DNA of 51,897 nt, taken from a virus. Its lineage: Duplodnaviria > Caudoviricetes. Below, in pieces: positions 10,501 to 19,410 of this stretch. The notes beneath the pieces are model-generated. The model saw only the letters and a program-made list of their open reading frames with translations. It searched no databases and had not been told where the DNA came from. How positions within the stretch are numbered: position 1 is the stretch's first letter; each line of letters opens with the position of its first letter. The position numbers were made by a program, and so were the translations under genes. The DNA lies in IMG/VR virus record IMGVR_UViG_3300020156_000459, positions 1 to 51,897 of that record; one strand, 5' to 3'.

Positions 10501-13500
10501 GCCGCCGACGAAGGACTCACCGGAAGTGGTCAACATCGGCGTGTTGGCGATCGCCGTGTCGCCGATGACGTCGACATAGACGGTCGACAGGCCCGCCTGC
10601 TGGCCGAGCGACGACGTCGCGAACCAGTTGGCCGCGTTCCCCAGCGTCGAGGCGCCGTTGTAGATCGAGTAGGCGCCGGACGCGGCCGACAGGCCGTTCG
10701 ACACCGTGGAGAACATGCCGCCCTGGCCGGCCGCCTGGGCCTGCCCGGCGATGTTCGACGCGGCGCTGGCGCCGCTGGAGAACATGGACCACAGCGACGG
10801 GCTGGAGCCGCCGGTCATCCAGTTCTTCATCGGGTTGATGACGGCCAGCTGCAACGCGGCCTGCACCAGCTCCGACAGGACGGCCTTGGCGACCGAGCCG
10901 AAGGTGATGGCCGATCCCTTGCCTTCGACGAAGGCTTGAGTGATCGCGCTGCCTATGCGGTCGAAGGCCCGCTCGCCGATCCGCGCCAGCTCGTCCCACA
11001 GGGCGCGCTGCTCGCCGATGGAGCGTTGGGTGCGCAGGATCGTGTCTTCCTTGCGCAGAAGGGCCTTGACCTCCTCCTCGGTCGCCTGGGGGTTCTGCCG
11101 CCGGATTTCCAGCTCCGCACGGGCCAGGGCCAAGATGTGTTCGCGCACCTCGGCGGACTGCCCCTGGAGCGACAGCTCCAGCTCCGCCAGCTTCAGCTCG
11201 TCGTCCTTGGCCTTCGACGCCGCTTCGTAGTTCTGCTGCGCCTGCCACCTGGCCAGCTCCGCCGTCTTGGCGGCGATGGCCTTGCCGCGCTCACTGTCGA
11301 GGCGGACACCCTCCCGCTCGGCCTGGGCGGCGGCGGCGTTCTTGACGGTCGCCTCCGTCACCGCCTTGGCGCCGTCGCGCTCGGCCAGCGCCAGCGCCTT
11401 GGCGGCGGCGATCTGGAGGTCCATGTCGCGCGTCCACTGCGCGGCGGCGAGCGCGCGGCGGGCGGCGTCCTCCTCCTTCAGGGCCCGCGCCAGGGCAGAG
11501 TGCGCGCCGGCCCCGGACTTGGCCGTCTCCGTCTCGATCCGGTTGGCCAGCTCCTGGGCGGCCACGGCGTCGGCGCCCTGGGCGTAGGCGTCAGCCAGCG
11601 CCAGCATCTGGCGGGCCGACCGCGACGTGACGTTGGCCTGCGCGCCGATCTCGCCGGACAGCTCGGCCATGCCGGACTTCAGGACGGCGGCGCGGGCCGC
11701 CTTGGCCTGTTCCTTGTCGCCGGACTTGGCCAGCTCCTGGTCGTAGGCATTCTCGGCCTGCGCGGCGACCACGGCGGCTTGACTGCCGCTGGCGCGTGCC
11801 TGGGCGAGGCGCTCCGTCGCCTTGGCTTCCAGGTCGAGCTGCGCCACCCGGTCGGCGCCACGGGCGGACTGGTTGCGGCGGGTGGCGGCGGTGAGGTCGG
11901 CCGCCTCGTCGTCGGTGAGGGGGCGGCCCTTCTCCTCCGCTGCCTTTTCGAGCGTCTGGTAGAGTTCGCGCCGCCAGCCGTCCGGCACGGACAGGGCGGC
12001 TGTCGTGTCGTTCAGCGCCTTGATGGCGGCGGTGACCGGGTCGATCTTCTCGCGCAGCCGGTCCATCATCATGGCGATGTCGGCCGCCGTGACGCCCAGC
12101 TTCTTCAGCTCCTCCGGCGGGAGCGCGGCGACCTTGGTCAGAAGCCCCATGCCCTGGGCCAACGCGGCCTGCGACGCGGTGAGCAACCCGGTCTTGCCCG
12201 GCAGCAGGTCCAGTTCCTTGGCCAGTTCGGCGAAGGGGATGGCCAGCTTGGCCGCGGCGCTGGCGACGGTGCCCAGCCCGTCGCCGGTCACGCCCCACAT
12301 TTCCGCCCAGCCGTCGCTGCTGGTGACGACCACCTGATCCAGGGCGTTCCAGCGTCGGGTGACCTCGTCCAACTCGCGATTGATCCGCGCGAGGTCCGCC
12401 TCCGCGGCCTTGGCGTTGCGGCTGGCGTAGACGCCGCCGGCCCCGGCGCGGTAGCGGGCGAGTTCCTTCTCCTTGGCGTCCCGCTCCGCCAGCAGCTCGT
12501 CGAAGCGCTGGCTCTCGAACAGTCGCGCGGCGCCGGCCTGCCCGTTGTTGCTCCACTGGAGGAAGCGGGTGCCGAGGTTCAGTGCACCGGCGCCATAGTC
12601 GGCGGCCGACGTCGTGCCGGGCAGCGCAGGCTTACCGACCTCGGCCAGGAACTTCTTGCGGGCGTTCTCCAACCGCGCCCACGCGCCCTCGACACCCTGG
12701 GCCGCCGCCGCCGCCTCGCCGCTATAACCCTTCAGGGCCTTGACCAGGGTGTCGCGGAAGACCTCGGAGGTGACCTTGCCCTCGTTGATCAGCCGGCGGA
12801 AGCCGCCGGCCGGCAGGCCCGCCGCCTTGTCCAGGTCGAGGAGAAGGCCGGGCAGCGGCTCCACAACCTGGTTCAGCTCCTCCATGTGCACGATGGGCGA
12901 GGCGAGAGCCTGTCCCAGGCCGTACATCACGTCGCCCATGCGGCCGGCGTCGGCCGCGAAGTGCGCCTGCGCGTCCTTGAGACCGACCGTCAGGTCGCGG
13001 GCCTGCTGGACGGTGAGCAGGCCGCCCTTGGCCAGCGTGAGGAACCGGGCGTAGCCGTCGCCCATCTCGCGCACGCTGGTGCCCAGCGCGTTGGCCGTGT
13101 TGCTCAACCAGAGCTGTGTTTCGCCGAAAGCCGTGCCGGAGCCGACCAGCCCCTTGAGGCGCCGGTCGAATTGCTCGGCCTCGGCAGCGGCGGTAACCGC
13201 GGCCTTGCCGAACGCGATGAGGCGATCGGCGGCGACCACCGCCATCAGGCCGCGGAAGCCGACCGTCAGTGCGTCGACGCGCTCGAACAGGCTGGCGGCG
13301 TTGTCGTTGACTGCGCCGGCCGCGCGGTTCCAGCCGAGCATGGCCCCGGCGTGCTGGCCCAGGTCGGCGGCGGCGTTGCGGTGGGCCGCCGCGCCGGCGA
13401 GGACCGCATCGTGCAACACCTGGGCGCGCGACGAGGCGAAGCCCATGTCCTCCCCCAGCCCTCGCGCGGCGCCGCGCTTGGCAGCAAGGGTGGTGACGTT

Positions 13501-13641
13501 TTCGGTTACGCCGGACAGCGAGCGGCCGGCGTCGTTGGCGGTCTCCTTCAGCCGTTCCAGCGTCTCGCGCGTGCGGCCGACCTCGCCCACAAGGCCCGAG
13601 GCGTCCGCCGTCAAGAGAAGGGCTAGCTTTTGGTCCGCCAC
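7534..13641 (-). CDS. Tail tape measure protein (2035 aa)
   Basis: Very long Ala-rich helical ORF after the chaperones; LLLTADASG N-terminus, ELNQVVEPLPGL motif, C-terminal RFAQGG...DSVRALLMPEERVL. Confidence 0.93.
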   Translation of the reverse strand: MADQKLALLLTADASGLVGEVGRTRETLERLKETANDAGRSLSGVTENVTTLAAKRGAARGLGEDMGFASSRAQVLHDAVLAGAAAHRNAAADLGQHAGAMLGWNRAAGAVNDNAASLFERVDALTVGFRGLMAVVAADRLIAFGKAAVTAAAEAEQFDRRLKGLVGSGTAFGETQLWLSNTANALGTSVREMGDGYARFLTLAKGGLLTVQQARDLTVGLKDAQAHFAADAGRMGDVMYGLGQALASPIVHMEELNQVVEPLPGLLLDLDKAAGLPAGGFRRLINEGKVTSEVFRDTLVKALKGYSGEAAAAAQGVEGAWARLENARKKFLAEVGKPALPGTTSAADYGAGALNLGTRFLQWSNNGQAGAARLFESQRFDELLAERDAKEKELARYRAGAGGVYASRNAKAAEADLARINRELDEVTRRWNALDQVVVTSSDGWAEMWGVTGDGLGTVASAAAKLAIPFAELAKELDLLPGKTGLLTASQAALAQGMGLLTKVAALPPEELKKLGVTAADIAMMMDRLREKIDPVTAAIKALNDTTAALSVPDGWRRELYQTLEKAAEEKGRPLTDDEAADLTAATRRNQSARGADRVAQLDLEAKATERLAQARASGSQAAVVAAQAENAYDQELAKSGDKEQAKAARAAVLKSGMAELSGEIGAQANVTSRSARQMLALADAYAQGADAVAAQELANRIETETAKSGAGAHSALARALKEEDAARRALAAAQWTRDMDLQIAAAKALALAERDGAKAVTEATVKNAAAAQAEREGVRLDSERGKAIAAKTAELARWQAQQNYEAASKAKDDELKLAELELSLQGQSAEVREHILALARAELEIRRQNPQATEEEVKALLRKEDTILRTQRSIGEQRALWDELARIGERAFDRIGSAITQAFVEGKGSAITFGSVAKAVLSELVQAALQLAVINPMKNWMTGGSSPSLWSMFSSGASAASNIAGQAQAAGQGGMFSTVSNGLSAASGAYSIYNGASTLGNAANWFATSSLGQQAGLSTVYVDVIGDTAIANTPMLTTSGESFVGGAASFGQVLAPAAIGGAGGAMIGTALNSKLAGGLAGAAIGGLSAYAATQMGLLSLGPYGWAAAAVLAAVMAVLGTQKETVGPISAGRMGIDDGKASLKSWGTDNEGSDENAKALGNAAAELFNGLLDIGSGRLDKAAKDYGLVISHFAKDGKFYSELDNQKSAGFDTAEEAVIDGVRRFQAKLVQAGKLAFEDDNVTKALKMSTAKTVEEFTKDLGAAATWTNVKKITREGYNPFDDQIKQWTTSAKEMGTTMQETYVDLLTRVTKLGLDTKENALPLLQKSFETELGLRTPDYRPLTGVAGVTKQAEIALEGLRSTLTALEYTAEAQADFSRRYVAAAVNAFEEGIQTVDRRATRSLRAKYDPTFRSTAADVLDELGLKAGEFPALTASLDGFFDKARSGKGTLDDLIGAKDELIRRLRNGRITADQFSSILGLLTQSFEDGRAAALAMESTLNASRARTARTLRGDGVVTVDELYSGTGLNRDAFPETTRRLRLLFGALAAGIQDVSLLNRAIEGLEANLRNGRITTEQFNTLYSEAIDRWDRTGLAASEAAATAQSAMEELASFARSTGADIQRYRDGLKTGNDGAAGYDERLKAAREQFVSQLSLIATSSDPTTVQEALRQITQYAETYRKLAQEGQASGLDYKGVEDFIDAALGGLPMVKSEAQRQTDALNAMPQLLAAALNAEGAPLSEIEKQTGISGPLAKQVPLGTLFEGIFGTGGGYLREMVEALRSIDAKTGTGGTGTGGTGTGGTGTGGGSTTPQPEGTVLDGGKASQVASASGGPLTWTIQNMYGGSFSSYLSNDLVQSKLHLNGILDQFEQQFGAAGIQWSEERYLRLNPDVAQALGGYPTGRGLEHYLRSGFFEGRRFAQGGKVPSTFPGAVSGLDSVRALLMPEERVLSVEQSRLIERLAESHGGPAVISVDTAAIARGLGEIRDRLDQLMQVVAGTGGAVKDAVGAVVDAVDELREEVTGDGEPVLMRAAGGH
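8231..8284. repeat. 15-bp tandem repeat GTGCCCGTCCCACCC x3.6 encoding a Gly/Thr linker in the tape measure
   Basis: Exact repeat units at 8231, 8246, 8261 and a partial unit at 8276. Confidence 0.9.
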
Positions 13642-13666
13642 GTTCCGCCTTCCGTCAAACCATTCG

Positions 13667-14062
13667 TCACGTCTTCGGGCGGCGGCGCTCGTACTCCGCC
13701 TCCCACACCGCCAGCGCCGCCTCTTCCATCGCTTGCAGGCTGGTCACCGTCTCCGCGTCCCAGGGAACCCCGTGGGCGTCGGCGAGCTGGCGGACCTGGA
13801 GGAGATCGAGGCCGAGCGGAACGCCCCCCATCGGCGGCTTGCGCCACATGCGCCGGGCGGCGTCGAACAGGGCGAAGATCGGCCAGACGGCGGCGTGCAC
13901 GACGAAGACGGGCGGCTCCGGCTCATCCTCCGGGTCGGCGGCTGGCGGGTCCTGTCCTGTCAGGGCCGCCAGCTCGTCGGCGTCGGGCTTGGCCGAGAAG
14001 CGGCGGCGCGCGGTGGAGGCGTCACCGCCGGCCCACCGCCGCGCCGCCGCTACGAGTTTCCC
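13667..14062 (-). CDS. Tail assembly chaperone, -1 frameshift extension (GT-type, DUF1799-like)
   Basis: -1 frame reads KLVAAARRWAGG...WPIFALF...W...GGVPLGLD...LQAMEEAAL; entered via the slippery site. Confidence 0.8.
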   Translation of the reverse strand, partial: GKLVAAARRWAGGDASTARRRFSAKPDADELAALTGQDPPAADPEDEPEPPVFVVHAAVWPIFALFDAARRMWRKPPMGGVPLGLDLLQVRQLADAHGVPWDAETVTSLQAMEEAALAVWEAEYERRRPKT

Positions 14063-14544
14063 GTCTTGCCACCGTTGACCAGCTTCCAGAACGCCTGCTC
14101 CAGACCGACGCCGATGGGGCGGAAATCGGCCATGGCCTCCACCAGGTCGGACGAGAACTCCGGCAGATCCTGGAAGATGCTGCCCCAGTTGTGGTTGTCC
14201 GGCAGGCCGACGACGACGCGGCGCAGCAGCGAGAGCCGCCAGCCCTTGTAATCGGCCTCCGCTTGCTCGGCCTCGCGCTTCGCCTCGGCCTTGGCCTCGT
14301 CGTCGGTGGCGTCGCGGACCTTCTTGGCGGCCGTGTTGATGCGGTCGATGTACTCCTGCAGCTCCTTCTGGAGGTCGTCCAGTTCGCTGTCCGGGACCAG
14401 CTCGAAGGTGACGAAGCAGGTCTTGGTGGTATGGCGGCCGGTGGTCGTGCGGCCGGGCTTGGCGGACTCCGGCCACTTGATCTCGACCGGCCAGTCGAAA
14501 GTGAGGCGGTCGCCCTGGACGAACTGAAGTTGCGGCTTGCTCAT
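14050..14544 (-). CDS. Tail assembly chaperone (G-type, 164 aa)
   Basis: Between tail tube and tape measure; TFDWPV N-terminal motif; ends ...KTGNS with a slippery heptamer. Confidence 0.85.
   Translation of the reverse strand: MSKPQLQFVQGDRLTFDWPVEIKWPESAKPGRTTTGRHTTKTCFVTFELVPDSELDDLQKELQEYIDRINTAAKKVRDATDDEAKAEAKREAEQAEADYKGWRLSLLRRVVVGLPDNHNWGSIFQDLPEFSSDLVEAMADFRPIGVGLEQAFWKLVNGGKTGNS
14056..14062 (-). promoter_or_regulatory. Programmed -1 frameshift site G GGA AAC
   Basis: X XXY YYZ heptamer in the correct frame just before the chaperone stop; the -1 frame is open for about 130 codons. Confidence 0.85.
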
Positions 14545-14576
14545 GGTAGCGGGCTCTCGAAAAGGGGATGGGATGA

Positions 14577-15860
14577 TCAGCGGGCGGAGATGAGCCACTC
14601 GTCGTCGCCGGTCACCGGCAGCAGCGCGGCCTGGACCTCGACGAGCGTGTCTTTCTTCGACTCCACCAGCTTGGGGGCCTTCAGCTGGGCGGCGGGAGCG
14701 GAGATGCGCACCACCTCGCCGGCGTTCCTGCCGTGCTGGAACAGCAGCGCGCCCCCGGTGCGGGCTTCAGCCGTGGCCCAGATGTTCCACTCGCCCAGGC
14801 TGGGGTATTCGAACTTGATGTTGGCCGTGCTCTTGCGGTCGTTGATGCGCACCGCCGTCCGGCCGACGCGCTCGACCAGTTCGACTTGGTTGCCCGCGTC
14901 CCAGCCGAACGTCTCGACAACCAAGTCGTTGCCATGCATCCGGAAGATCGGCGTGTTGGTTGTCGACACCTCGATCGGGTCGGGCCACACGGTGAAGTCC
15001 GGGGCCACACTCGCGGCCAGCGCCGGCGCCGTCCACAGCGAGGTGAGTTCCACCTCCAGGTACGGGAAGCCGTTGATCTCGCCCATCCCCTTGATGGCCC
15101 CACGCGTTCCGAGCATGGCGAACTTCTGCTGCTGGCCACCGGGATCGTTCATCAGGAAGTGGATGGCGCCGGACTTGTGGTTGTTGCGGTCGGAGCTGGG
15201 AGCGTAGTCGCTGCGCGCGGCCGACAGGGTGATGGTGAAGACGTCGCCGGCGGTGAAGGGTGTGCCGATAGCGTCAATGGTGATGACCGCCCCGCCCGGC
15301 AGCGCGAAGGGACTGCCGGTGGTCATCGTGACGGCGGTTTGGTTGTAGGCCGGCAGGTACTCGGTCCCCGGCGCGGCGACGGTGAACTGCGCCACGCCGG
15401 AGCCGCCGCCGGTGGTGCAGGTGAGCGTCGCCGTGCGGTCCAGCGTCCCGGCGCAGGCGGTTGTGCGGGTGTAGGTGAAGGCGCCGTCGCCGCTCGTCTT
15501 CACGGCGGCGGCGGCGATCGTCGCGCTGGCCGTCTTCGCCACCTGGGTGCGAGCGGTGCCACAGATGCGCATCACCGTGTCCCAGCACGGCGTGCCGGAG
15601 GCGCCGGCGCCGACCAGCGGCAGTTTGCCCGACAGCTTGTTGCGCTTGGCCACGAAGATGGAGCTGTTGGCGCCCATGTAGGGCTTCAGGTACGGCAGCT
15701 CCTTCTCCTCCACCTCCATCGGAGTGAAGGTCACGTCGTACAGGCGAATGGCGGTGGCGCCGTCCAGGGTCAGTCCGGCGTCGCTGCCGTAAGTGGCCTC
15801 CAGCGCCAACAGGATCGTCTTATGATCCCAATGGACCGGATGCGAGGGGATCTGCGGCAT
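14577..15860 (-). CDS. Major tail tube protein (427 aa) with a Thr/Gly-rich beta insertion
   Basis: KTILLALEATYGSDA N-terminus, LLFQHG..AGEVVRISAP..QL C-terminus; position before the chaperones. Confidence 0.8.
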   Translation of the reverse strand: MPQIPSHPVHWDHKTILLALEATYGSDAGLTLDGATAIRLYDVTFTPMEVEEKELPYLKPYMGANSSIFVAKRNKLSGKLPLVGAGASGTPCWDTVMRICGTARTQVAKTASATIAAAAVKTSGDGAFTYTRTTACAGTLDRTATLTCTTGGGSGVAQFTVAAPGTEYLPAYNQTAVTMTTGSPFALPGGAVITIDAIGTPFTAGDVFTITLSAARSDYAPSSDRNNHKSGAIHFLMNDPGGQQQKFAMLGTRGAIKGMGEINGFPYLEVELTSLWTAPALAASVAPDFTVWPDPIEVSTTNTPIFRMHGNDLVVETFGWDAGNQVELVERVGRTAVRINDRKSTANIKFEYPSLGEWNIWATAEARTGGALLFQHGRNAGEVVRISAPAAQLKAPKLVESKKDTLVEVQAALLPVTGDDEWLISAR

Positions 15861-15866
15861 GGGGCG

Positions 15867-16019
15867 TTACTCCTTGAGCTTGCCGCGACGGCGCGGGGCG
15901 GCGTCCTCGGCCTTGTCGGCGTCCTCGGCCTTCTCGGCCGGCGCCGGGGGCTTCTCGTGCTCGTCGGGCTCCGGCTCGGCGCCGTGCTCCTTGATGACGG
16001 TGTCGATGCAGGGCCGCAT
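15867..16019 (-). CDS. Small charged phage protein (50 aa)
   Basis: ATG coupled to the upstream stop, AGGAG RBS; fills the gap before the tail tube gene. Confidence 0.5.
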   Translation of the reverse strand: MRPCIDTVIKEHGAEPEPDEHEKPPAPAEKAEDADKAEDAAPRRRGKLKE

Positions 16020-16498
16020 CAGGCTCCTCCTGTCGTGCGCTTGTGGAGTTTCCACTCGGTGGTGAAGGTCAGGGTGGCGGCGACGGCGCCGGTGCGGCCC
16101 TCGCCGCCCAGGCCGCGCAGGGCGTCCTCTTCGAAGAGCAGCTCGGCGTAACCTTCGGCCGGGGCCCAGCCGGTGAGGCAGTCGATGACGGCCCATTCCA
16201 GCGGCCAGCAGGCGGCGCGGGCCGCCTCGCCGGTGGCGTCCTTGGCGCTGCCCTGCACCAGGATCACGGTGACCGCCTGGGCGACCTCGATGGACACGGC
16301 GCCGACGCGGCGGACGCCGTCGCCAACCAAGGCGCCGGCAACGACGAACGCGGCCGGCAGACGGGCCGGCAACAGCTTCTTGGACACCAGCTCGGCGAAC
16401 TCGACCGCGCCGGCGGTGGTGTGCTTCAGGTCCGCGACGCTGCCGCTGATGCGGGTCTGGACGGCGGCGGCCAAGTCGATGGGGGTGAAGCCGCTCAT
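16019..16498 (-). CDS. Tail terminator/completion protein (Mu gp37-like)
   Basis: LPAAFVV, AVIDCLTGWAP motifs; position in the neck module. Confidence 0.7.
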   Translation of the reverse strand: MSGFTPIDLAAAVQTRISGSVADLKHTTAGAVEFAELVSKKLLPARLPAAFVVAGALVGDGVRRVGAVSIEVAQAVTVILVQGSAKDATGEAARAACWPLEWAVIDCLTGWAPAEGYAELLFEEDALRGLGGEGRTGAVAATLTFTTEWKLHKRTTGGA

Positions 16499-17058
16499 GC
16501 GCGTGCCACCCCGCCGGTGTTCCGGCGCAACCAGTCGCGGGTGACCTCGCGCAGTATGCTGCTGAGGCGCGGCCCCACGCCCAGGAAGGGACGCTTGGGC
16601 ATCGTGACTGTGTAGGCCCCGCGGACGTGTTCAGTCGCGAAGTTGGACTTGGACTTGCGGCGGAAGCGCGGGTCGAACGTGTCGCTCTTCGCGTCGTAGT
16701 GGCGGTACAGCGTGACGGTGCCAGCCTCGTGCTTCACCTCACCGCCGAACTGGTGGATGGCGGCATAGACGACGGGGGTGCCCACCTCAACCGCATGCGC
16801 TGAGACGCGGCGGGTGATCGACTGGCGCAGGCGCGCCGTCAATGTGAGTGTCTGGCCGCCCTTGGCCAGGGCGCGGAGCGACTTCGGCCAGGGGTTACCG
16901 TCCGGGTCCTGCTCGGTTTCGAAGCTTCGCTGGGTGGCTAGCTCCACTTGCGCGCCCAGCTCGTCCAGCAGCCCGGTCAGATCGCGGCCGGCGGCTGCGG
17001 CGTTGTCCAGCATCGCCAGGAGGGCCGCGTCCTCGATCTTGATGGAGGCGCCGGTCAT
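16495..17058 (-). CDS. Phage virion morphogenesis protein (Mu G-like)
   Basis: FETEQDPDGNPW, LRQSI, VGTPVVYAAIHQFGG, MPKRPFLG motifs. Confidence 0.9.
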   Translation of the reverse strand: MTGASIKIEDAALLAMLDNAAAAGRDLTGLLDELGAQVELATQRSFETEQDPDGNPWPKSLRALAKGGQTLTLTARLRQSITRRVSAHAVEVGTPVVYAAIHQFGGEVKHEAGTVTLYRHYDAKSDTFDPRFRRKSKSNFATEHVRGAYTVTMPKRPFLGVGPRLSSILREVTRDWLRRNTGGVARA

Positions 17059-17486
17059 CAGAACCCCGCCATGTTGTCGCGGCCGAACAGGCGCTCGCCG
17101 GCTACGACCTCGATGGAGCCGGCCTGCGCTGCGGCCGGCTCCACCCCGGCGACGTCGAGCGCCAGGGAGCCGTCGCGGATGTCGCGCAGCATCTTCATGG
17201 CCTGCTGGTAGTCGGCGGTGACCTTGGCCGGTGCGTCGTCGATGTACAGGCCGGCGATGGAGAGCGTGCCGGCGATCTGCGCCACCACCGCCGGAACGGA
17301 GGCGAGCGGCAGGGCGTAGCGGCCCGCCAGATGGGCGTCGATCACCGCGGCGGCCGACGCGATGGCTTGGTCAAGGACGGCGTCGACGATGGTTTCCGTG
17401 TAGGGCTGCTCGCGGTCGGTCAGGTCGACCAGCTTCTTCGTGCCGTAACGGGCGACCAGCGCGGCCTTGTCGGTGTAGGCGGGCAT
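17058..17486 (-). CDS. Head-tail connector (Mu gp36/DUF1320-like)
   Basis: LVARYG...LTD...AIASAAAVIDAHLAGRYALPL...YQQAMKMLRDIRDG. Confidence 0.88.
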   Translation of the reverse strand: MPAYTDKAALVARYGTKKLVDLTDREQPYTETIVDAVLDQAIASAAAVIDAHLAGRYALPLASVPAVVAQIAGTLSIAGLYIDDAPAKVTADYQQAMKMLRDIRDGSLALDVAGVEPAAAQAGSIEVVAGERLFGRDNMAGF

Positions 17487-17695
17487 CAGGCGCGGCCCTC
17501 CACGGCGGCGACCAGCGCGCGCTCCTCGGCCGTCAGGTGGGGCGAGGTCGCGCCGGTCTCGCGGATCAGCGCCGCCACCTCGCCGGCGGCGCCGACGATG
17601 CGCTCGATGCGGGTGAGGGCCGCCGCGTGCTGCCCCTTGGTGCAGCCGCGGGCGCCGATGCGCCGGATGGTTTGACGGAGCTGGTCGGTGTTCAT
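17486..17695 (-). CDS. Small hypothetical phage protein (69 aa)
   Basis: Stop coupled to the gp36-like start; plausible helical protein. Confidence 0.5.
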   Translation of the reverse strand: MNTDQLRQTIRRIGARGCTKGQHAAALTRIERIVGAAGEVAALIRETGATSPHLTAEERALVAAVEGRA

Positions 17696-17814
17696 GGAAC
17701 CGCTGCTGCTGGAGGTCGCAGGAGGGGGAAGGCCGCGCCCCCTCCGCGCTTCGTGGGTTCCCAGGGGAGCCGCGCGCGGTCGCCGCTCCCCGGATCATCC
17801 CCGCTGGTATCCCG

Positions 17815-18072
17815 TCAGTCGGCCGGCGCCTTCGCCGCCGGGCCTTTGGCCTTGCCGCCGGGCTTCTCCTCGCCGCCTTCGGCCGGCTGCGGGTCGACCG
17901 CCACGACCAGCAGGTTGGGCTCGGCCATGAGCTGCTCGATCTGCTCCGGGGTGAAGGTGCCAGCCGGATGGCGCTTCTGCTCAGGCGTATGGTGCACGCC
18001 GCAGCGGCGGAAGCCGCCGGCCGGGCGGGCGGCGATGACGAGGTCCGGCTGAAACATGTTGAACTTGTCCAT
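17815..18072 (-). CDS. HI1506-like Mu head-associated protein
   Basis: GFRRCG...FTPEQIEQLMAEPNLLV; follows the capsid gene. Confidence 0.8.
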   Translation of the reverse strand: MDKFNMFQPDLVIAARPAGGFRRCGVHHTPEQKRHPAGTFTPEQIEQLMAEPNLLVVAVDPQPAEGGEEKPGGKAKGPAAKAPAD

Positions 18073-18086
18073 GCGCGGTCCTCCGA

Positions 18087-18980
18087 TCAGGCGAGCCAGG
18101 GAACGACGACGAGCTGGGCGGTGCCCTTCCACTCGTTGTCCTCGCCGTTGGCCTTGCGCTGGTTCTCCAGGATCTGGCGGCCCTTGCCCTCCAGCGACGG
18201 CGGCACCACCAGGTGCGTGGGGTTGACGCCCAGCGGCTCGCCATGGTCGCGCTTGAGGTTCTGCATGGCGGTGCGGGCGGCCTCGTAGTTCGCGTGCGTC
18301 AGGTCGGCCTTGGACCCGTGGGCGAGCTGCCAGAAGCCGAAGCCGACATTGGCGCGGCCATCGACGCCGTAGCGGTACTGCTTGCGATCGAACACGATCT
18401 CGCCGGTCGGAGCGTCCATGCGCACGAAATCGAAGCTGCGGCGCTTCTGGTAGACGATCGGCTTGATGGCCCGGCTGAGGTCCATCAGGAACCACGGCGT
18501 GCCGGCACCGGCCTGATAGTTGGAGACGGAGACCGTGCTGCCGTCCTCCGCGATCACCGGGTGATCGGTGTCGAAGAAGTACTGGCCGTCGTAGCAGGGC
18601 TTGGCAAAGCCGGACTTCAGCAGCGGGAACACCAGCGTGTTGGGGAAGTTCGCCGTCTGGCGCCCCATCTCGGTGAACATCGGCGCGTAGAGGCCGAACT
18701 TGTCGTCCTCGATGTTGTTGCGGTCGACGCCGATGGTGAGTTCCCAATCCTTGTTGCGGATCAGGTAGGACGCGGTTTCCAGGTTGTGGACGACGCGCGG
18801 GCCGATCCACTCCCGGAAGCCGGGGATGTCCTTCATCCAGCCGTAGTTCTCTTCCGAGGTGGTCGACGGCGTCTCCATGGCGACCATGTCCCACTGGGAC
18901 TTGACGCTGCCGAAGCCGTTCTGGAAGGACGTCTGGAAGCCGGTGTACAGCGCGAGCAGGCTGGACGCGGTGATGAGCAT
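18087..18980 (-). CDS. Mu-like major capsid protein gpT (297 aa)
   Basis: ENYGWM...FREWIGPR, IEDDKFGLY, CYDGQYFFDTDHPV, GFGFWQLA, PTHLVVPP. Confidence 0.95.
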   Translation of the reverse strand: MLITASSLLALYTGFQTSFQNGFGSVKSQWDMVAMETPSTTSEENYGWMKDIPGFREWIGPRVVHNLETASYLIRNKDWELTIGVDRNNIEDDKFGLYAPMFTEMGRQTANFPNTLVFPLLKSGFAKPCYDGQYFFDTDHPVIAEDGSTVSVSNYQAGAGTPWFLMDLSRAIKPIVYQKRRSFDFVRMDAPTGEIVFDRKQYRYGVDGRANVGFGFWQLAHGSKADLTHANYEAARTAMQNLKRDHGEPLGVNPTHLVVPPSLEGKGRQILENQRKANGEDNEWKGTAQLVVVPWLA

Positions 18981-18993
18981 GCGGGCGGCTCCT

Positions 18994-19407
18994 TCAGATC
19001 TCGACCCAGACGCCCTGGGCGTCCACGTCGCGGATGATGCCGGCCTGCGGACGCGCCCCGGTGTCGTCGGTCTTGGCGACCGTCTGGTCGTCGACCGCGT
19101 AGCAGGGCTTGCCGTAGTCGGCGATGGTGATGGCGTCGCCGGCGGCAGAGTTGGCGAAGCGGAAGACGCCACGCTCGATCACCACCTTCGACGGCAGCGT
19201 CGAGCCCGCCACGGTGGAGGCGCGGTGCTGGGCGCGGCCGAGCACGGTCAGCGTGTTGGTGGCCGAGGCCGGGACGGCGGCGCCGGCGGCGTTCTGCGCC
19301 ACCATGGAGCCGGCGAAGACGGAGGTGTTGGCGGCGAGGTCACGCTCCATGTGTGTGAAGCCGCCGTTGCGGGCCAGGGTGTTGCGGTCGGTCGTGAGGG
19401 CGGCCAT
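18994..19407 (-). CDS. Capsid cement/decoration-like protein (137 aa)
   Basis: MAALTTDRNT...GVFRFANS...CYAVDDQTVAKT...GVWVEI; lies between protease and capsid genes. Confidence 0.75.
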   Translation of the reverse strand: MAALTTDRNTLARNGGFTHMERDLAANTSVFAGSMVAQNAAGAAVPASATNTLTVLGRAQHRASTVAGSTLPSKVVIERGVFRFANSAAGDAITIADYGKPCYAVDDQTVAKTDDTGARPQAGIIRDVDAQGVWVEI

Positions 19408-19410
19408 CGG

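Noticed and set aside
5926-13626. 2566-aa + strand ORF and other long antisense ORFs (13630-15207, 37947-40604, 47739-49886)
   Set aside because: Shadow frames opposite real genes, expected from high-GC codon bias; no recognisable motifs
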